Part shown: positions 12,410-23,957 of the stretch, one piece after another | Numbering within the stretch: position 1 is the stretch's first letter | Layout: the number at the start of each line of letters is the position of its first letter | NCBI GenBank assembly: GCA_963755915.1 | Contig: CAVWLP010000002.1 | Coordinates: 2,112,001 to 2,176,000 of the forward strand | Origin: an uncultured Phycisphaerales bacterium | GTDB taxonomy: Bacteria; Planctomycetota; Phycisphaerae; Tepidisphaerales; Tepidisphaeraceae | DNA length: 64,000 nt | Direction of reading: 5' to 3' | Position numbers and translations under genes: made by a program | Notes under the pieces: model-generated | What the model saw: only the letters and a program-made list of their open reading frames with translations | The model's database searches: none | Told to the model about the DNA's origin: nothing

Positions 12410-13631
12410 GTCAGGCACAGCACAGATGTGTGATCGTGGGCGCCGGTCACGCTGCGGCTCATTTGTGCGTTTCGCTGGGCCAGACGCATTGGTCGGGCGC
12501 ATCACACTGGTAGGCGATGAACCAATCGCTCCTTATCACCGCCCGCCACTGTCCAAGTCACAGTTGGATCCCGCCGTCGAATCATCACTTCAACTGATTC
12601 GGCCCAGCGATTTCTATGCACGACAGCAAATCGAGCTGAGGCTCGGACAGACGGTCCGATCTATCGATCGCGCCACACGCACGATCGAAATCGACCAGAC
12701 GAAGCTGCCGTACGACACGCTCGTCCTGGCGACCGGCTCGGTAAACCGCCGGCCATCGATCATTGGCATCGAGCACCCCCGTGTCCTTTCCCTCCGAACT
12801 GCCGAAGACGCCGTGGCGTTGCGGACGCGAGTCCGAGACACACAACGCGCGGCCATCATCGGGGCTGGTTTCATTGGTCTCGAGATCGCATCCTCGCTGC
12901 GGAAGATCGGTCGCGAAATCACCGTTCTGGAGATGGCCAACCACGCCCTGTCGCGCGTCACGTCACCGGTGGTTTCGACTTTCTTTGAATCGCTGCATCG
13001 CAGTCATGGTGTCGATCTGCGGACCAATGTTTCGGTGTCGAAGATCCAGGATGAAGACGGCCGGCTCACCTTATTCGCGGCCGACGAATCGGTTGTTTGC
13101 CGAGCGGACCTCGTCGTCATCGGCGCCGGCGCAAGACCCAACGACGATCTCGCTCGACTCGCAGGCCTCGACGTGAAAAATGGCATCCTCGTGGACGAGC
13201 ACAACCGTACATCCGATCCGGCCATTTATGCGATAGGCGACTGCTGCAACCAGTTCCATCCGATGTACCAAACGCGGCTAAGGCTTGAATCCGTGCAAAA
13301 CGCCACCAACCAGGCCAAAGCTGTCGCGGCGGCGATCTGCCAATTACCCACGCCGCCTGCAACGCTGCCGTGGTTCTGGTCAGACCAGTATGACGTCAAG
13401 CTGCAAATCGCCGGCATTTCAGCAGGATACGACCAGTGCATCATCCGGGGCCATCCAGAGCCGGGTTCTTCATTCTCCGCCTGGTACCTCAAACACGGCC
13501 GCCTGATCGCCGTCGACGCGATCAACGACGCCCGCGCCTACGTCGTCGCCGGCAAGCTCATTCTGCGCAGCGCGCGGCCCGCTCCCGACGACCTGGCCGA
13601 CCCCAACCGCGACCTCAGGGATTTTCTCTAA
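12406..13631 (+). CDS. FAD/NAD(H)-dependent ferredoxin reductase (frameshift ~12470)
   Basis: TTG start overlapping fdx stop gives CVIVGAGHAA; PYHRPPLSK, IIGAGFIGLE, IYAIGDC, RLESVQNA, PWFWSDQYD. Confidence 0.9.
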
Positions 13632-13648
13632 CCCGGGACAAAAATATT

Positions 13649-14789
13649 ATGGACCCGCAGCAAGATCCTTTCCGTCAAAAACGTCAAGACACCGGTATAG
13701 AGTACATGCGCCGAGGGGCAGGAGATGCCCTTGATCCTGCGTCTGCAGGATGTGCGAAAGACTTGTAAGAACTGGAGGACGTTCAGCAACGACGATCCAT
13801 TCATGATCGTTCCGCACTCGGAAGCATCCGTCCGTTCAGTCCGGCAATACCCCATCGAAACCGATCCGCCCGATCACGCCGACTATCGCGCGCTGGTCGA
13901 ACCATTCTTCAATCGTCCCAATGAACCGGAGTACCAGACGGGCATGCGGAAATTGGTGGATGGAATCCTCGCCGCCGCCGTCAGAGCGGATACCGTCGAA
14001 GTGGTGCACGAGTTGGCGTTGCCGCTCCAGTCGCGCTCACTCACGCGGTTGCTCAACGTCGATGAGTCCGAGGCCGATCTCTGGATCAGCTGGGGGATCC
14101 ACGTTTTCAAAGAGGGCGACGGTGTTTCAAAAGGAGCGGAACTGGAGACCTACATCCGCCGCAAGTTCGAGGAGACCGCGAACTCCGATGCGAACGATTT
14201 TTTCAGCGTGCTCAATCGCGTCGATTTCCGCGGCCGAAAACTTACACTGGAAGAGAAGCACGGATTTGCCAACATGGCGTTCGCCGGTGGCCGGGACACG
14301 GTGATCCACACGGTCTCAAGCATCATCGCCTATTTTGCGGCGCATCCGGAAGGATTGGACTTTATGCGCCGCGATGCGTCGCGCATCATTACCGCCACCG
14401 AAGAGTTCGTCCGTTATGTAAGTCCGCTGACCGCGATCGCCCGAAAGTGTCCGCATGGCGCCCGGGTGCTCGATGCCGAAGTTGCGCCAGGCGGCCGCGT
14501 GGGCCTCTGCTGGCCCTCCGCCAACCGTGATGAAACCACATTCACCAAACCTCAGGAAGTTATTCTCGATCGCTCCCCCAATCCGCACGTCGGGTTCGGA
14601 TTCGGGATCCATAGGTGCCTGGGCGCGGCACAGGCCCGGCTCATTATCCGCAGCCTGCTTCACTCGCTCTGCAGTCAGATCGATACCGTCAAGCTGATCG
14701 AAGCCGTCCCGGAAGTCGAAACCGAATCGTCCTTTGAGAGGCAAGTTGGATATAGAAGTCTACGCGTCGCGTTTACTCCAAAAGCTTGA
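13649..14789 (+). CDS. Cytochrome P450, CYP236-like (frameshift ~13710)
   Basis: DPPDH..YR, I-helix FAGGRDT, EEFVR (ExxR), SANRD, heme motif FGFGIHRCLG. Confidence 0.9.
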
Positions 14790-14810
14790 CGTTCAAATCG
14801 TCGTCGCGTC

Positions 14811-15910
14811 GTGCGGGCCGGATCGCACATCACGCTTTCCAACAATATCCGATTGACCTTCCGGCTTGTAAAATGCCTCGCCAATACCCGGGCCATCGTT
14901 CCCCGTTCGCCGGCACAAATAGAAGCTTCCCGGCGGCACGGCGCCTTGAGCCGTGGGCCGGTAACACCTGAAGGCAAGTCGCGATCGCGAATGAATGCCT
15001 TAAAGCATGGCGTGCTGGCCCGCGTCATCAAGCCCGCTTTGGACATTCGCGAGCATGACAGGGTTTTCTGCCAGATCCGCAACGAGTTGATTGATGAGTT
15101 CCAGCCCCAGCGTTTTAGTGACGTTTCACGCATCGATTCGCTGGCTTGGGATTACCTCAATTTAGTCGGGTCACACAATTGATAGAGCAACTTCACCGCC
15201 CGGCACCCCTCCCCAAGGACGACAGCTAGCAGTGGAATCGGATCTATAGGTCCCGGCGCGACTTAGAATTGATCAATCGTGCAATCAAACACATCGATCA
15301 GGGTGAAATGCCACTCTGTGGGGGCGAGGCGGCAGATCGATTGGGAAGCCGGATCAGCGAATTTGTGAGAACTGTCGCGGCGCAAATCGAAGAGGCGAAG
15401 CTGGACGCCGAGGCGGCCGACAAACCACAAACACAGCCTCCACCCTCACCAAGCCCCAGCGAGGCGCCGCAGCCGGAGCCGGCCAAAGACGCTGGCAACG
15501 CGCCGCCGGCGGACGAAGGGCCCAACGACAAGTATGTGCCGCCCCTCAGCCAGTCGGACCTCGATTTCGAGGAAGAGCAGGAGCGACAGTTCCAAGAGCA
15601 AGTGAAACTGATTGGCACGGCGGGAAAACGGCTGGCGGATAAGGAATACGTGGTCGGAGTGCTCCGCGCCGAGCAAAAGCCCAAGGCGGGAGATTTGAAA
15701 CGGCTGCGGGAGATCTTGAAATGGACCTCAGAGCATGATGAGCGATCCCTGATTAGGGAGCAGGAATTCAAACAGCGGATCGAGCCGCGCGTTATGGCCG
15801 CACAACTGGCGCTTGCCAGTGCCCCAGAAAACCTGATTACGCTGGACCAGTATCGGAGAAGGATTGAGAGGGACATCGAGCGAAAGTTGCTGCTACTGGA
15901 AGGCCCGTAG
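14811..15910 (+). pseudogene. Disrupted hypothetical protein (S.GP.TPEGK..S..NALKHG family)
   Basis: Motif RGPVTPEGKSRSRMNALKHG; broken by a frameshift ~15175 and an in-frame TAG ~15228 before ORF 15269-15910. Confidence 0.5.
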
Positions 15911-16493
15911 GGGAACAGTTTCGGGTTCGTTTGGCGCACTCGATGCTGAGATAGCCCTCTTTTTTGATCGGTCGTACGTTTCGACGAAAGCGAACCCGGT
16001 CGCTCTCGGACATTGGAAAAGGACCGGCGGACACGATGTCCATATCGCCGCGAGGCATCAATTCCGTTTTTAATGACAACGAGGTCCGAGGCGTTTGTTC
16101 ATTGCTCGGTTACCAGTGATCGACCCAATTGAGCAAAACGGTGGATTTTCTGTTGCCCCGGGATGGTATTAGCATTACCGTTGACGAGGCGAATTCGAGG
16201 AACAACGGGCACCTTCAACCTATTCATGAATGTGAAAAAGCTGACAGAGCGCAGGGAAGATCTGTTAACAGAATTCTTCGCGGCCGCTTTGCATGTTTCC
16301 CCCACCACACGATGGCGTTATTATAAACTGGTGCTGAATGATTATTGCCGGCGCCGCGGGTGGGCAAATTGCGAAATTCGGACCGTGGACACCCAATCAT
16401 TCCGACAATTCGCTCGCTTTACCGCGCTAAGAGGCCTATTGTTTTATGTCAGTGGAGCTTAAATAAATTGGCTCCGACAGTATTTCGAAGTCC

Positions 16494-16605
16494 TCGGATG
16501 ACTAAATAGAGGGTAATCCGGCCAAAAACCGAAAGACCCGTTAACGAGTAAGCCGACGCAAATGAATCCTGAAACCTCGGGATTCGGGTGCGTCGGCCTT
16601 TTTTT
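16494..16605 (+). ncRNA. Conserved structured 5' leader, copy 1 (candidate riboswitch/attenuator with intrinsic terminator)
   Basis: TCGGATGACTAAAT..GGGTA-hairpin-GACCCGTTAACGAGTAAGCCGACGCA..GAATCCTGAAACCTCGGGATTC..TGCGTCGGCC-T7; three more copies in the window. Confidence 0.8.
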
Positions 16606-16675
16606 GGCGCGACGTTTCTCGAGGAAATTGCGCCGACTAATTCGAGCATATCTCTAAAATGAAGGGAGCGTCGTC

Positions 16676-16828
16676 ATGCTCTGGACTTTTGCACTGATAC
16701 TTATGGTCTTGTGGCTGCTCGGGGTCGTTACCTCATACACAGCCGGTGGATTGATCCACATTCTGTTGGTTGTGGCCCTGGTCGTCATCGTCGTCCGTCT
16801 CCTCCAGGGACGCAGGCCCCTGGCGTAG
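16676..16828 (+). CDS. lmo0937-family small membrane protein (50 aa, absent from the ORF track)
   Basis: GGGAG RBS; MLWTFALILMVLWLLGVVTSYTAGGLIHILLVVALVVIVVRLLQGRRPLA. Confidence 0.85.
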   Translation: MLWTFALILMVLWLLGVVTSYTAGGLIHILLVVALVVIVVRLLQGRRPLA

Positions 16829-16949
16829 ATCCAAGCGGCTGGGCGTTCAATTGCGGGCGTCGGCGTCAATATTGTGGCGCTGTTCGGGCCTCACACGGCA
16901 AGAACGCCTGGCCGGTTTACCGAACAGCGGTTGCTTCAGGAGATCCGAT

Positions 16950-17243
16950 ATGAGTCGAATCAAACCAAACGCGAGGAAGTTAGTCGCTCCGATGGCGATG
17001 ACCCTGTTAATGGGTTTGGCCGGTTGCGTCGGGGGCTACGGGTATGTTGATGGAGGCCCGGAGTGGGATGGCGTAGTGGTTGTGGGGGGAGGATATGACA
17101 GAGGGTACAACCGCGATTACCACCCCCAGGCGTTTCACAACGAGGGCGGCCGGCCTGCGGCCGTCGCCAGCGCCAGGGGAAGGGCGTCGATGGGAGCACG
17201 CGCGGGCGGGGGACACGCGGCTTCTGGCGGCGAGCGCAGATGA
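16950..17243 (+). CDS. Small Gly-rich lipoprotein
   Basis: AGGAG RBS; lipobox LAGC; Gly/Tyr-rich body. Confidence 0.6.
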   Translation: MSRIKPNARKLVAPMAMTLLMGLAGCVGGYGYVDGGPEWDGVVVVGGGYDRGYNRDYHPQAFHNEGGRPAAVASARGRASMGARAGGGHAASGGERR

Positions 17244-17313
17244 TCGCCGCTCGGATTGAGCTCCTTGGCTGGGAGCAGTGGATCGATTGAACAACCATCG
17301 TGAGAAGAAATCT

Positions 17314-18306
17314 ATGAAAACAAAAATACGCGGAAATAGCGGATGGATTGCCGTCGCCCTATTGGCGGGCGGAGCTTTGCTTCTGACAAACGGGTGCAGT
17401 AGCACCACAAGTTCGCCAGCGGACGCGACTTCAGTACAGACCGCGGACATGCCCGGCCAGGGCCAACCATTATTTGCCAGCGACAACGAGGCGATGAATG
17501 CGATGCTGACGGCCGTCAAAAACCAGGACCATGAGCAAGTGCATCTCTTCCTTGGACCGGCATGGAAGGAACTTGTCTCCGGCGACAAGGTGGAGGACGG
17601 CAATGCTTTCAAGGAATTCGCCCAGCGCGCGGCTGAGCGCACGCGACTGCAACGGCAGGATGATACGACTTCCATCATGTATGTCGGCAATGACGATTGG
17701 CCGTTTCCGATCCCGATTGCGAAAACGTCCGATGGGAAATGGTTCTTCGACACCGAAGCCGGCAAAACGGAAATCCTGGCTCGCCGGATTGGTGCAAACG
17801 AACTGGAAACGATCGATGTGTGCCGGAAGTACATTGAAGCGCAGCGCGAGTATGCCAGCGAGGATCGCGATGGCAGCGGCGTACGCAAGTTCGCTCAAAG
17901 AATCATAAGCACGCCGGGGAAGACGGATGGCTTATACTGGAACGCAACCTCGGATCAGGAGCAAAGCCCATTCGGCCGATTGTTCGCGGCGGCGGCAACG
18001 CAGGGGTATGACCTGGCCGCAAGCCATCCGCGCCGGCCTTACTATGGATATCGCTTTCGCGTGTTGAAGCAACAGGGCTCCGCGGCGCCGGGCGGCACGA
18101 GCGACTACATCATCAACGGAGACATGACCGGCGGCTTTGCGCTGGTGGCCTTCCCCGAAGACTATGAATCATCGGGGATCATGACGTTCATCGTGAGTCA
18201 GCAAGGGGACGTCTATCAGAAGGACCTGGGCCCAAATACCACCCAGCTCGCGCGGCAGATGACGGAGTACAACCCCGATGCAAGCTGGACGCTGGTGAAA
18301 GATTAA
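17314..18306 (+). CDS. DUF2950 family protein
   Basis: Lipoprotein-like signal; WPFPIPI, EILARRIG.NE, DGLYW, PYYGYRFR, SGIMTFIV, VYQKDLG. Confidence 0.85.
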   Translation: MKTKIRGNSGWIAVALLAGGALLLTNGCSSTTSSPADATSVQTADMPGQGQPLFASDNEAMNAMLTAVKNQDHEQVHLFLGPAWKELVSGDKVEDGNAFKEFAQRAAERTRLQRQDDTTSIMYVGNDDWPFPIPIAKTSDGKWFFDTEAGKTEILARRIGANELETIDVCRKYIEAQREYASEDRDGSGVRKFAQRIISTPGKTDGLYWNATSDQEQSPFGRLFAAAATQGYDLAASHPRRPYYGYRFRVLKQQGSAAPGGTSDYIINGDMTGGFALVAFPEDYESSGIMTFIVSQQGDVYQKDLGPNTTQLARQMTEYNPDASWTLVKD

Positions 18307-18414
18307 ACATCGCGTCGGCGCATGCGCAACGGAAGGTAAATTATCGGCTATCCCACGTGCGCGGGTGGCGTTGGGCATTGTCGTTTGGCATCTGAACCCC
18401 CTGAGGCATCACAC

Positions 18415-20799
18415 ATGATCGCACCACTTGCACCACCACTTGCTCCGCCCGTCGCCAGTGATGTGTCCCCCAGCGAGTTGGATGCCAAATCATCGCAAGG
18501 CCTCACCAGCGAAGAGGCCCGGCGTTTGTTCGGCCAGTTCGGCCCCAACTCAATGCCCGATACGTCAGCGCATCCGGCGCGAATGGCTATCGAGAAGCTG
18601 TGGGCGCCGATCCCCTGGATGTTGGAAGCGGCGATCGTGCTGGAGTTGGTGCTTGGCAAATATATTGAAGCTGCGATTATCGCGGTGCTGCTGTTGTTCA
18701 ACGCCGCGCTTGGGTTCTTTCAGGAAGGGCGTGCCCAGGCAACGCTCGCCGCGTTGAAAAAGCGGCTGGCGCTGACTGCTTCGGTCCGCCGCGACGGGGC
18801 GTGGAAGAATTGCCCGGCGGCCGATTTGGTGCCGGGGGACATCGTGAATCTATCGCTTGGCGGCGTGGTTGTCGCGGATGTGAAGCTGGTCGAGGGCAAC
18901 GTCCTGCTCGATCAATCGATGCTCACGGGTGAATCGATCGCCATCGAAGCGGGGCCGGGATTCCAAACTTATGCGGGGGCGCTGGTGCGCCGCGGCGAGG
19001 CCGTGGCCCTGGTCACAGCGACCGGAATTCGGACCAAGTTCGGACGCACCGCGGAGCTGGTTCGCACGGCGCATGTTGTCAGCTCCCAGCAAAAGGCCGT
19101 GTTGCGCGTGGTGCGAAATCTCGCGGTGTTTAACGGCATTCTGATCATCGTCCTGGTTGGGTATGCCCTGACTCATTCGATGCCATGGAAGGAGATTCTT
19201 CCGCTGGTGCTGACAGCGGTTTTGGCGTCGATCCCGGTTGCACTGCCAGCCACGTTTACATTGGCGAGCGCTTTGGGGGCTCGAGCACTGGCGCGGCAAG
19301 GCGTGTTGCCGACACGGCTCTCCGCCGTCGATGAAGCGGCCTCCATCGATGTGTTATGCGCGGACAAAACTGGAACGCTCACGCGCAACGAGTTAACGGT
19401 GATGATGGTCGTCCCGATGCCGGGCTTCGACGAGCGGCATGTGCTGATGATGGCGGCCCTGGCCAGTTCGGAGGGTGGGCAGGACCCCGTGGACGAGGCG
19501 ATTTGTTGCTCCGTGTCGGGCAAAGTCGCTTCTAACCCACCCAAATTGTCCCACTTCGAGCCCTTCGATCCGGCGAAGAAGATGTCGGAGGCGACGGCGG
19601 TTGATTCGAGCGGAGGAACAATACGCATCATTAAGGGCGCGTTTGCCGTCGTCGGGAATCTTGCGGCGCCTTCGCCCGGCGCGCCCGCCGCGGCGAACGA
19701 ACTGGAGTCGAAAGGTTTTCGGGTACTCGCCGTGGCGGCTGGACCGCCAGCGGCGTTGCAGCTCATGGGGTTGATCGCGCTCAGCGATCCAGCCCGCGAC
19801 GATTCCGCGGCCCTGGTCACGGAACTGAAAACGCTGGGCGTTCGCACGGTGATGGTGACCGGCGACGCGCCGGCAACGGCGGCAATTGTGGCGCATGCCG
19901 TTGGTCTCGAAGGAGCGGTTTGCCCCCCCGGGCCGATCCCCAGCGACGCTCGCCCTGAAAGTTTTTCCGTCTTTGCCGGCGTTCTGCCCGAGGACAAATA
20001 TAAACTGGTGAAGGCATTCCAAAAGGGCGGTCACATCGTCGGCATGTGCGGCGACGGCGCCAACGATGCGCCGGCGCTGCGGCAGGCTCAGATGGGAATC
20101 GCCGTATCGACCGCGACCGATGTCGCCAAGTCCGCCGCGGGCATTGTGCTCACCAATCCGGGACTCGTTGGCATCGTTGACTCGGTCAAGGAAGGGCGTA
20201 TTACATTTCAACGCATCCTGACGTACACGCTGAACTCCATGACCAAGAAAATCGTGCAGGTGATGTTCCTTGGCGTGGGTCTTGTCATGACCGGGCACGC
20301 GATCCTCACCCCCATGCTGATGGTCATCGTGATGATGGTGGGTGATGTCCTGGGTATGTCGTTGACCACCGACAATGTCCGCCCGTCGCCGCTGCCAAAT
20401 AGCTGGCGCATCGGCAAGCTGACGGTCGCGGGCATATTTATAGGCGCGTCCGAACTGGTGTTTTGCTCCGCCGTTCTGGCGATTGGTCACTTTCGCATGG
20501 GCCTGGGCATTGCAATGTTGCAAACCCTGGCGTTCGTCACGCTGGTGTGCGGGAATCAGGCAACCACCTATGTTGTACGCGCACGCCGGCGAATATGGTC
20601 GTCACCCCGTCCAAGTCACTGGCTTGTCTTATCGTCCGTCGCCGATCTGTTGATCGCACTGGTACTGGCCGAACGCGGCTGGCTCATGCGGCCGCTGTCC
20701 CTATTGGTGTTGGTCAGCGTGCTTGGCGGCGCCATTGCGTTCACCTTTGTCCTGGATTTGGTAAAGGTGTCCGTGTTCAGACGCTTAGAGATTGCATAG
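18415..20799 (+). CDS. P-type ATPase, plasma-membrane H+-efflux (P3A-like) #1
   Basis: WAPIPWMLE, TGES, IPVALP, DKTGT, TGD, GDGANDAPAL, M6 Asp (MVGD). Confidence 0.85.
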   Translation: MIAPLAPPLAPPVASDVSPSELDAKSSQGLTSEEARRLFGQFGPNSMPDTSAHPARMAIEKLWAPIPWMLEAAIVLELVLGKYIEAAIIAVLLLFNAALGFFQEGRAQATLAALKKRLALTASVRRDGAWKNCPAADLVPGDIVNLSLGGVVVADVKLVEGNVLLDQSMLTGESIAIEAGPGFQTYAGALVRRGEAVALVTATGIRTKFGRTAELVRTAHVVSSQQKAVLRVVRNLAVFNGILIIVLVGYALTHSMPWKEILPLVLTAVLASIPVALPATFTLASALGARALARQGVLPTRLSAVDEAASIDVLCADKTGTLTRNELTVMMVVPMPGFDERHVLMMAALASSEGGQDPVDEAICCSVSGKVASNPPKLSHFEPFDPAKKMSEATAVDSSGGTIRIIKGAFAVVGNLAAPSPGAPAAANELESKGFRVLAVAAGPPAALQLMGLIALSDPARDDSAALVTELKTLGVRTVMVTGDAPATAAIVAHAVGLEGAVCPPGPIPSDARPESFSVFAGVLPEDKYKLVKAFQKGGHIVGMCGDGANDAPALRQAQMGIAVSTATDVAKSAAGIVLTNPGLVGIVDSVKEGRITFQRILTYTLNSMTKKIVQVMFLGVGLVMTGHAILTPMLMVIVMMVGDVLGMSLTTDNVRPSPLPNSWRIGKLTVAGIFIGASELVFCSAVLAIGHFRMGLGIAMLQTLAFVTLVCGNQATTYVVRARRRIWSSPRPSHWLVLSSVADLLIALVLAERGWLMRPLSLLVLVSVLGGAIAFTFVLDLVKVSVFRRLEIA

Positions 20800-20878
20800 T
20801 TCAACAGATATTCAATAATTTTGTGGGGACGGGACACCAAGCCCTCCAACTTACGACAGGGACAAAGAAGGATAAACA

Positions 20879-22630
20879 ATGAGCATGGCAATTTCCCTTC
20901 CAGCGGTTAAACCCGTCCCGACGCAAATGCAGCACCGCCAGATTCCCGTTTTGCCGGAACGCCCGCGCGTCCATCCTATCGCCTGCGAGATTCGCCGGTC
21001 GTATCCCGTCGGAAGGCAAAACTTCTCGCGCTTGCCAAGGGGAAGTTTTGGTCTTGACCATCACCTCTTGCGATCCAGTTCCCGAGAACGTTCAAGCGAG
21101 TCTTATGACGACGCTGAACTCGGATGATGGCAAGTCGTGGACCAAAGTCCCATTCGTGCGTGCCGATGAGCGGAATCTGACGTGCCACATCAGGCCCGAA
21201 CGTCCCGGCCTCCACTCCTTTCGGGCCGAGTTCTCCCTGGATCGGGGTACGACCTGGCTTCGGGACACCGTCCCCGACGCCTGGATATTGATCGATCCTT
21301 CACAAGTTGATGGCCTGCGCGTCTATACCCTGATTCCCGCCGTTTCCGGCACAGTCGCAGATTGGATGGCCGATCTGAAGCGCATCAGCGCGATGGGCTT
21401 CAATGCCATTCACCTTCTGCCGGTCACGACTTTGGACACATCACAAAGTCCGTATTCGGCCAAAGACCTGTTTGATATCGATCACAGTTACCTGATGGAA
21501 GGATCCCGGCAAGATGGCCTGTCGCAGTTGGAAGATTTTATCGCAGAAGCAAAGAGGCTCGACATACGTCTGATCTTTGATCTGGTCCTGAACCACGTGG
21601 GCGTGAACAGCACAATGGCACGGCGGGCGCCGGATTGGATTGTGCCGGACCAGAATCAGCCCGATCGGTTCCGGCGCGCACGGTATTGGTCCGACCAGGG
21701 GTGGCGTACCTGGAATGACCTCATCTTGATCAATTACGAACATCCCTCCGAGGCAATTCGTTCGGAAATACGGGCTTACATGGTGGACTACGCGCTGTTC
21801 TGGGCGAAATATGCAAATGACACCGGCGGGTTCGTGCGATTCGACAATCTGCACAGCAGCGACCCCGATTTCGTTACAGCGCTCACGGCATCGCTGCATT
21901 CAGAGTATCCCGAGGTGGGCATTCTCGCCGAGTATTTTACCGATGAAAGCACACTGCTGCGTACGGGACCGGAATGGGGGCTGAATCTGAATCTGGCGAC
22001 GCCGTGGAATTTCAAGTTTGTTCCTCAGCTTCGCGAATATCTCAATTACATTCACCGCGTTTCTGAGCACATTCGATACTTTGTGCCGATCACCTCGCAC
22101 GATTCCGGGTCGCCCGCGCAGGAGTTTGGCACCGCTGACTCGACGGTTCCGCGATACGTCACAGCCGCCTTGCTGGGCACCGGAGCCACCGGAATTCCGC
22201 AGGGAGTCGAATTCGGCGAGAAAGAACGGATCGATTTTATCGGCAGAAAACCGAAGATGATCTATCCCGTCGAGGCGAGGTTCGCCAAATTCATCAGCCG
22301 GGTTAACGCTATTCTCGTCGAGTATCCGGCCTTCCGTTGCGGGGGGAATTGCCGGTTCGTCGATAACGGGCATTCCGCTGTCATCGCCGCGTTCCGTGAA
22401 AGCTCGGGCACTGACGCGCAGGGATTTCTAGTCGCATGTAATTTCGATACGCAGAATCAACAGCACATAACGGTCGAGCTTGCGCCTTTGATCTCAACAG
22501 AGGGACCCTTCACATGCTGTGAATTGTTAAGCGGGGAGATTCAGCATTTCTCACAATCACACCTGGAGCTTGTGCTTCCCCCTTTCGTGCGCAAGTGCTG
22601 AAGTTTCTAAGAAACAATCAACCTAATTGA
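20879..22630 (+). CDS. GH13 alpha-amylase-family glycoside hydrolase (frameshifts ~21040 and ~22580)
   Basis: MGFNAIHLLP, SPYS..D, DLVLNH, RFDN, AEYF, SHD; N-terminus in ORF 20879-21127. Confidence 0.75.
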
Positions 22631-22713
22631 AGGGCAATCTGTTTGCTTTGCCCGTAGTCATTCGTTTGCACGAAGCCTAGGATGGGTCAGCTACTGATCG
22701 TCTCTCGAAACAT

Positions 22714-22824
22714 TCGGATGACTAAATGAAGGGTATTTCGGCCCCCCAGCCGGAAGACCCGTTAACGAGTAAGCCGACGCAATTGAGTCCCGACACCTCG
22801 GGATTCGGATGCGTCGGCTTTTTT
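22714..22824 (+). ncRNA. Conserved structured 5' leader, copy 2
   Basis: TCGGATGACTAAATGAAGGGTA..GACCCGTTAACGAGTAAGCCGACGCA..GAGTCCCGACACCTCGGGATTC..TGCGTCGGC-T6. Confidence 0.8.
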
Positions 22825-22866
22825 CGTTTCTGCCAAAATGGATATCCACTCACAGAGGTACTCTAT

Positions 22867-23823
22867 ATGAGAACACCCAGTCCTTTTGCCGCACTGATCT
22901 TTATCGTAATCCTCGGCATTGGCGGAGGGTTGGCGTTCGCCGCCTATAGCGCGGCGGCGCCGGAAAGAAGCGTGTGTATTGCAGTTGTCACTTTTGTGAT
23001 CGCGCTCATCGCCGCCCGCGCAATCAAGGTTGCCGATCAATGGGATAAAGCGGTGATCCTCCGTCTGGGCCAGTTCCACGCGCTCAAAGGGCCGGGGCTT
23101 TTCTTCATCATTCCAATTGTCGATGCCATTCCCTATTGGATCGACACGCGAGTCATCACGACCGGTTTCAAAGCGGAAAAAACCCTTACTAAAGACACGG
23201 TCCCGGTGGATGTGGATGCGGTGCTGTTTTGGAAAGTCATTGACCCGAAAAAGGCGGCGCTCGGTGTAGCTGATTATCGAAGCGCCATAAGCTGGGCGTC
23301 GCAAACAGCCCTGCGCGATGTGATCGGCAAAACCATGCTTTGCGACATGCTGGAAGGCCGGGACAAAATCAGTGAGCTGCTGCAGAAGATCATCGATGAG
23401 CGTACCGAACCGTGGGGAATCAACGTTATTTCCGTGGAAGTGAAAGACGTTTTGATCCCGCAGGCTTTGGAAAATGCCATGTCAATGCAGGCCCAGGCAG
23501 AAAGAGAGCGTCAAGCCAGGGTGATTCTGGGAGATTCCGAGCGACAGGTTGCCGAGAAGTTTGCCGAAGCCTCAAAAAGCTATCAGCACAATCCGGTCGC
23601 CTTTCATTTAAGGGCAATGAACATGCTCTATGAGGGCCTGAAGCAGAATTCCACCATCGTCATCGTTCCCAGTACGGCCGTGGAAAGCATGCAACTCGGG
23701 GGTCTCGCCGGATTGACGGCTCTGACCATGGGAATTGGTCAAGACGCCGCCAAGGGAAACGGAAAGGATGTCGCGAATCTTGGGACAAACGGCGAGCCTA
23801 CAGAACAGGCGTTACTCAGATGA
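22867..23823 (+). CDS. SPFH/slipin (band 7) membrane protein
   Basis: GPGL.FIIP, TLTKD.V.VDVDAV, QTALRDVIG, QA.AERERQA; GAGG RBS before ATG 22867 (the ORF-track 5' extension runs through the RNA leader). Confidence 0.9.
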   Translation: MRTPSPFAALIFIVILGIGGGLAFAAYSAAAPERSVCIAVVTFVIALIAARAIKVADQWDKAVILRLGQFHALKGPGLFFIIPIVDAIPYWIDTRVITTGFKAEKTLTKDTVPVDVDAVLFWKVIDPKKAALGVADYRSAISWASQTALRDVIGKTMLCDMLEGRDKISELLQKIIDERTEPWGINVISVEVKDVLIPQALENAMSMQAQAERERQARVILGDSERQVAEKFAEASKSYQHNPVAFHLRAMNMLYEGLKQNSTIVIVPSTAVESMQLGGLAGLTALTMGIGQDAAKGNGKDVANLGTNGEPTEQALLR

Positions 23824-23957
23824 ACGAAACAAGTATCGTTCGTTTGAGTATCGCATCATAACTCTTCGCCAATGGCTCGCATAGAAGAAGCCACCGCACA
23901 CCAGGAAGTGCAATCATTCATACGCTAAATAAAATTTCACCAGATAAGATTTCGCCT

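Noticed and set aside
16163-16462. Intact gene upstream of leader copy 1
   Set aside because: Short, no clear RBS or recognisable family; at most a truncated remnant.
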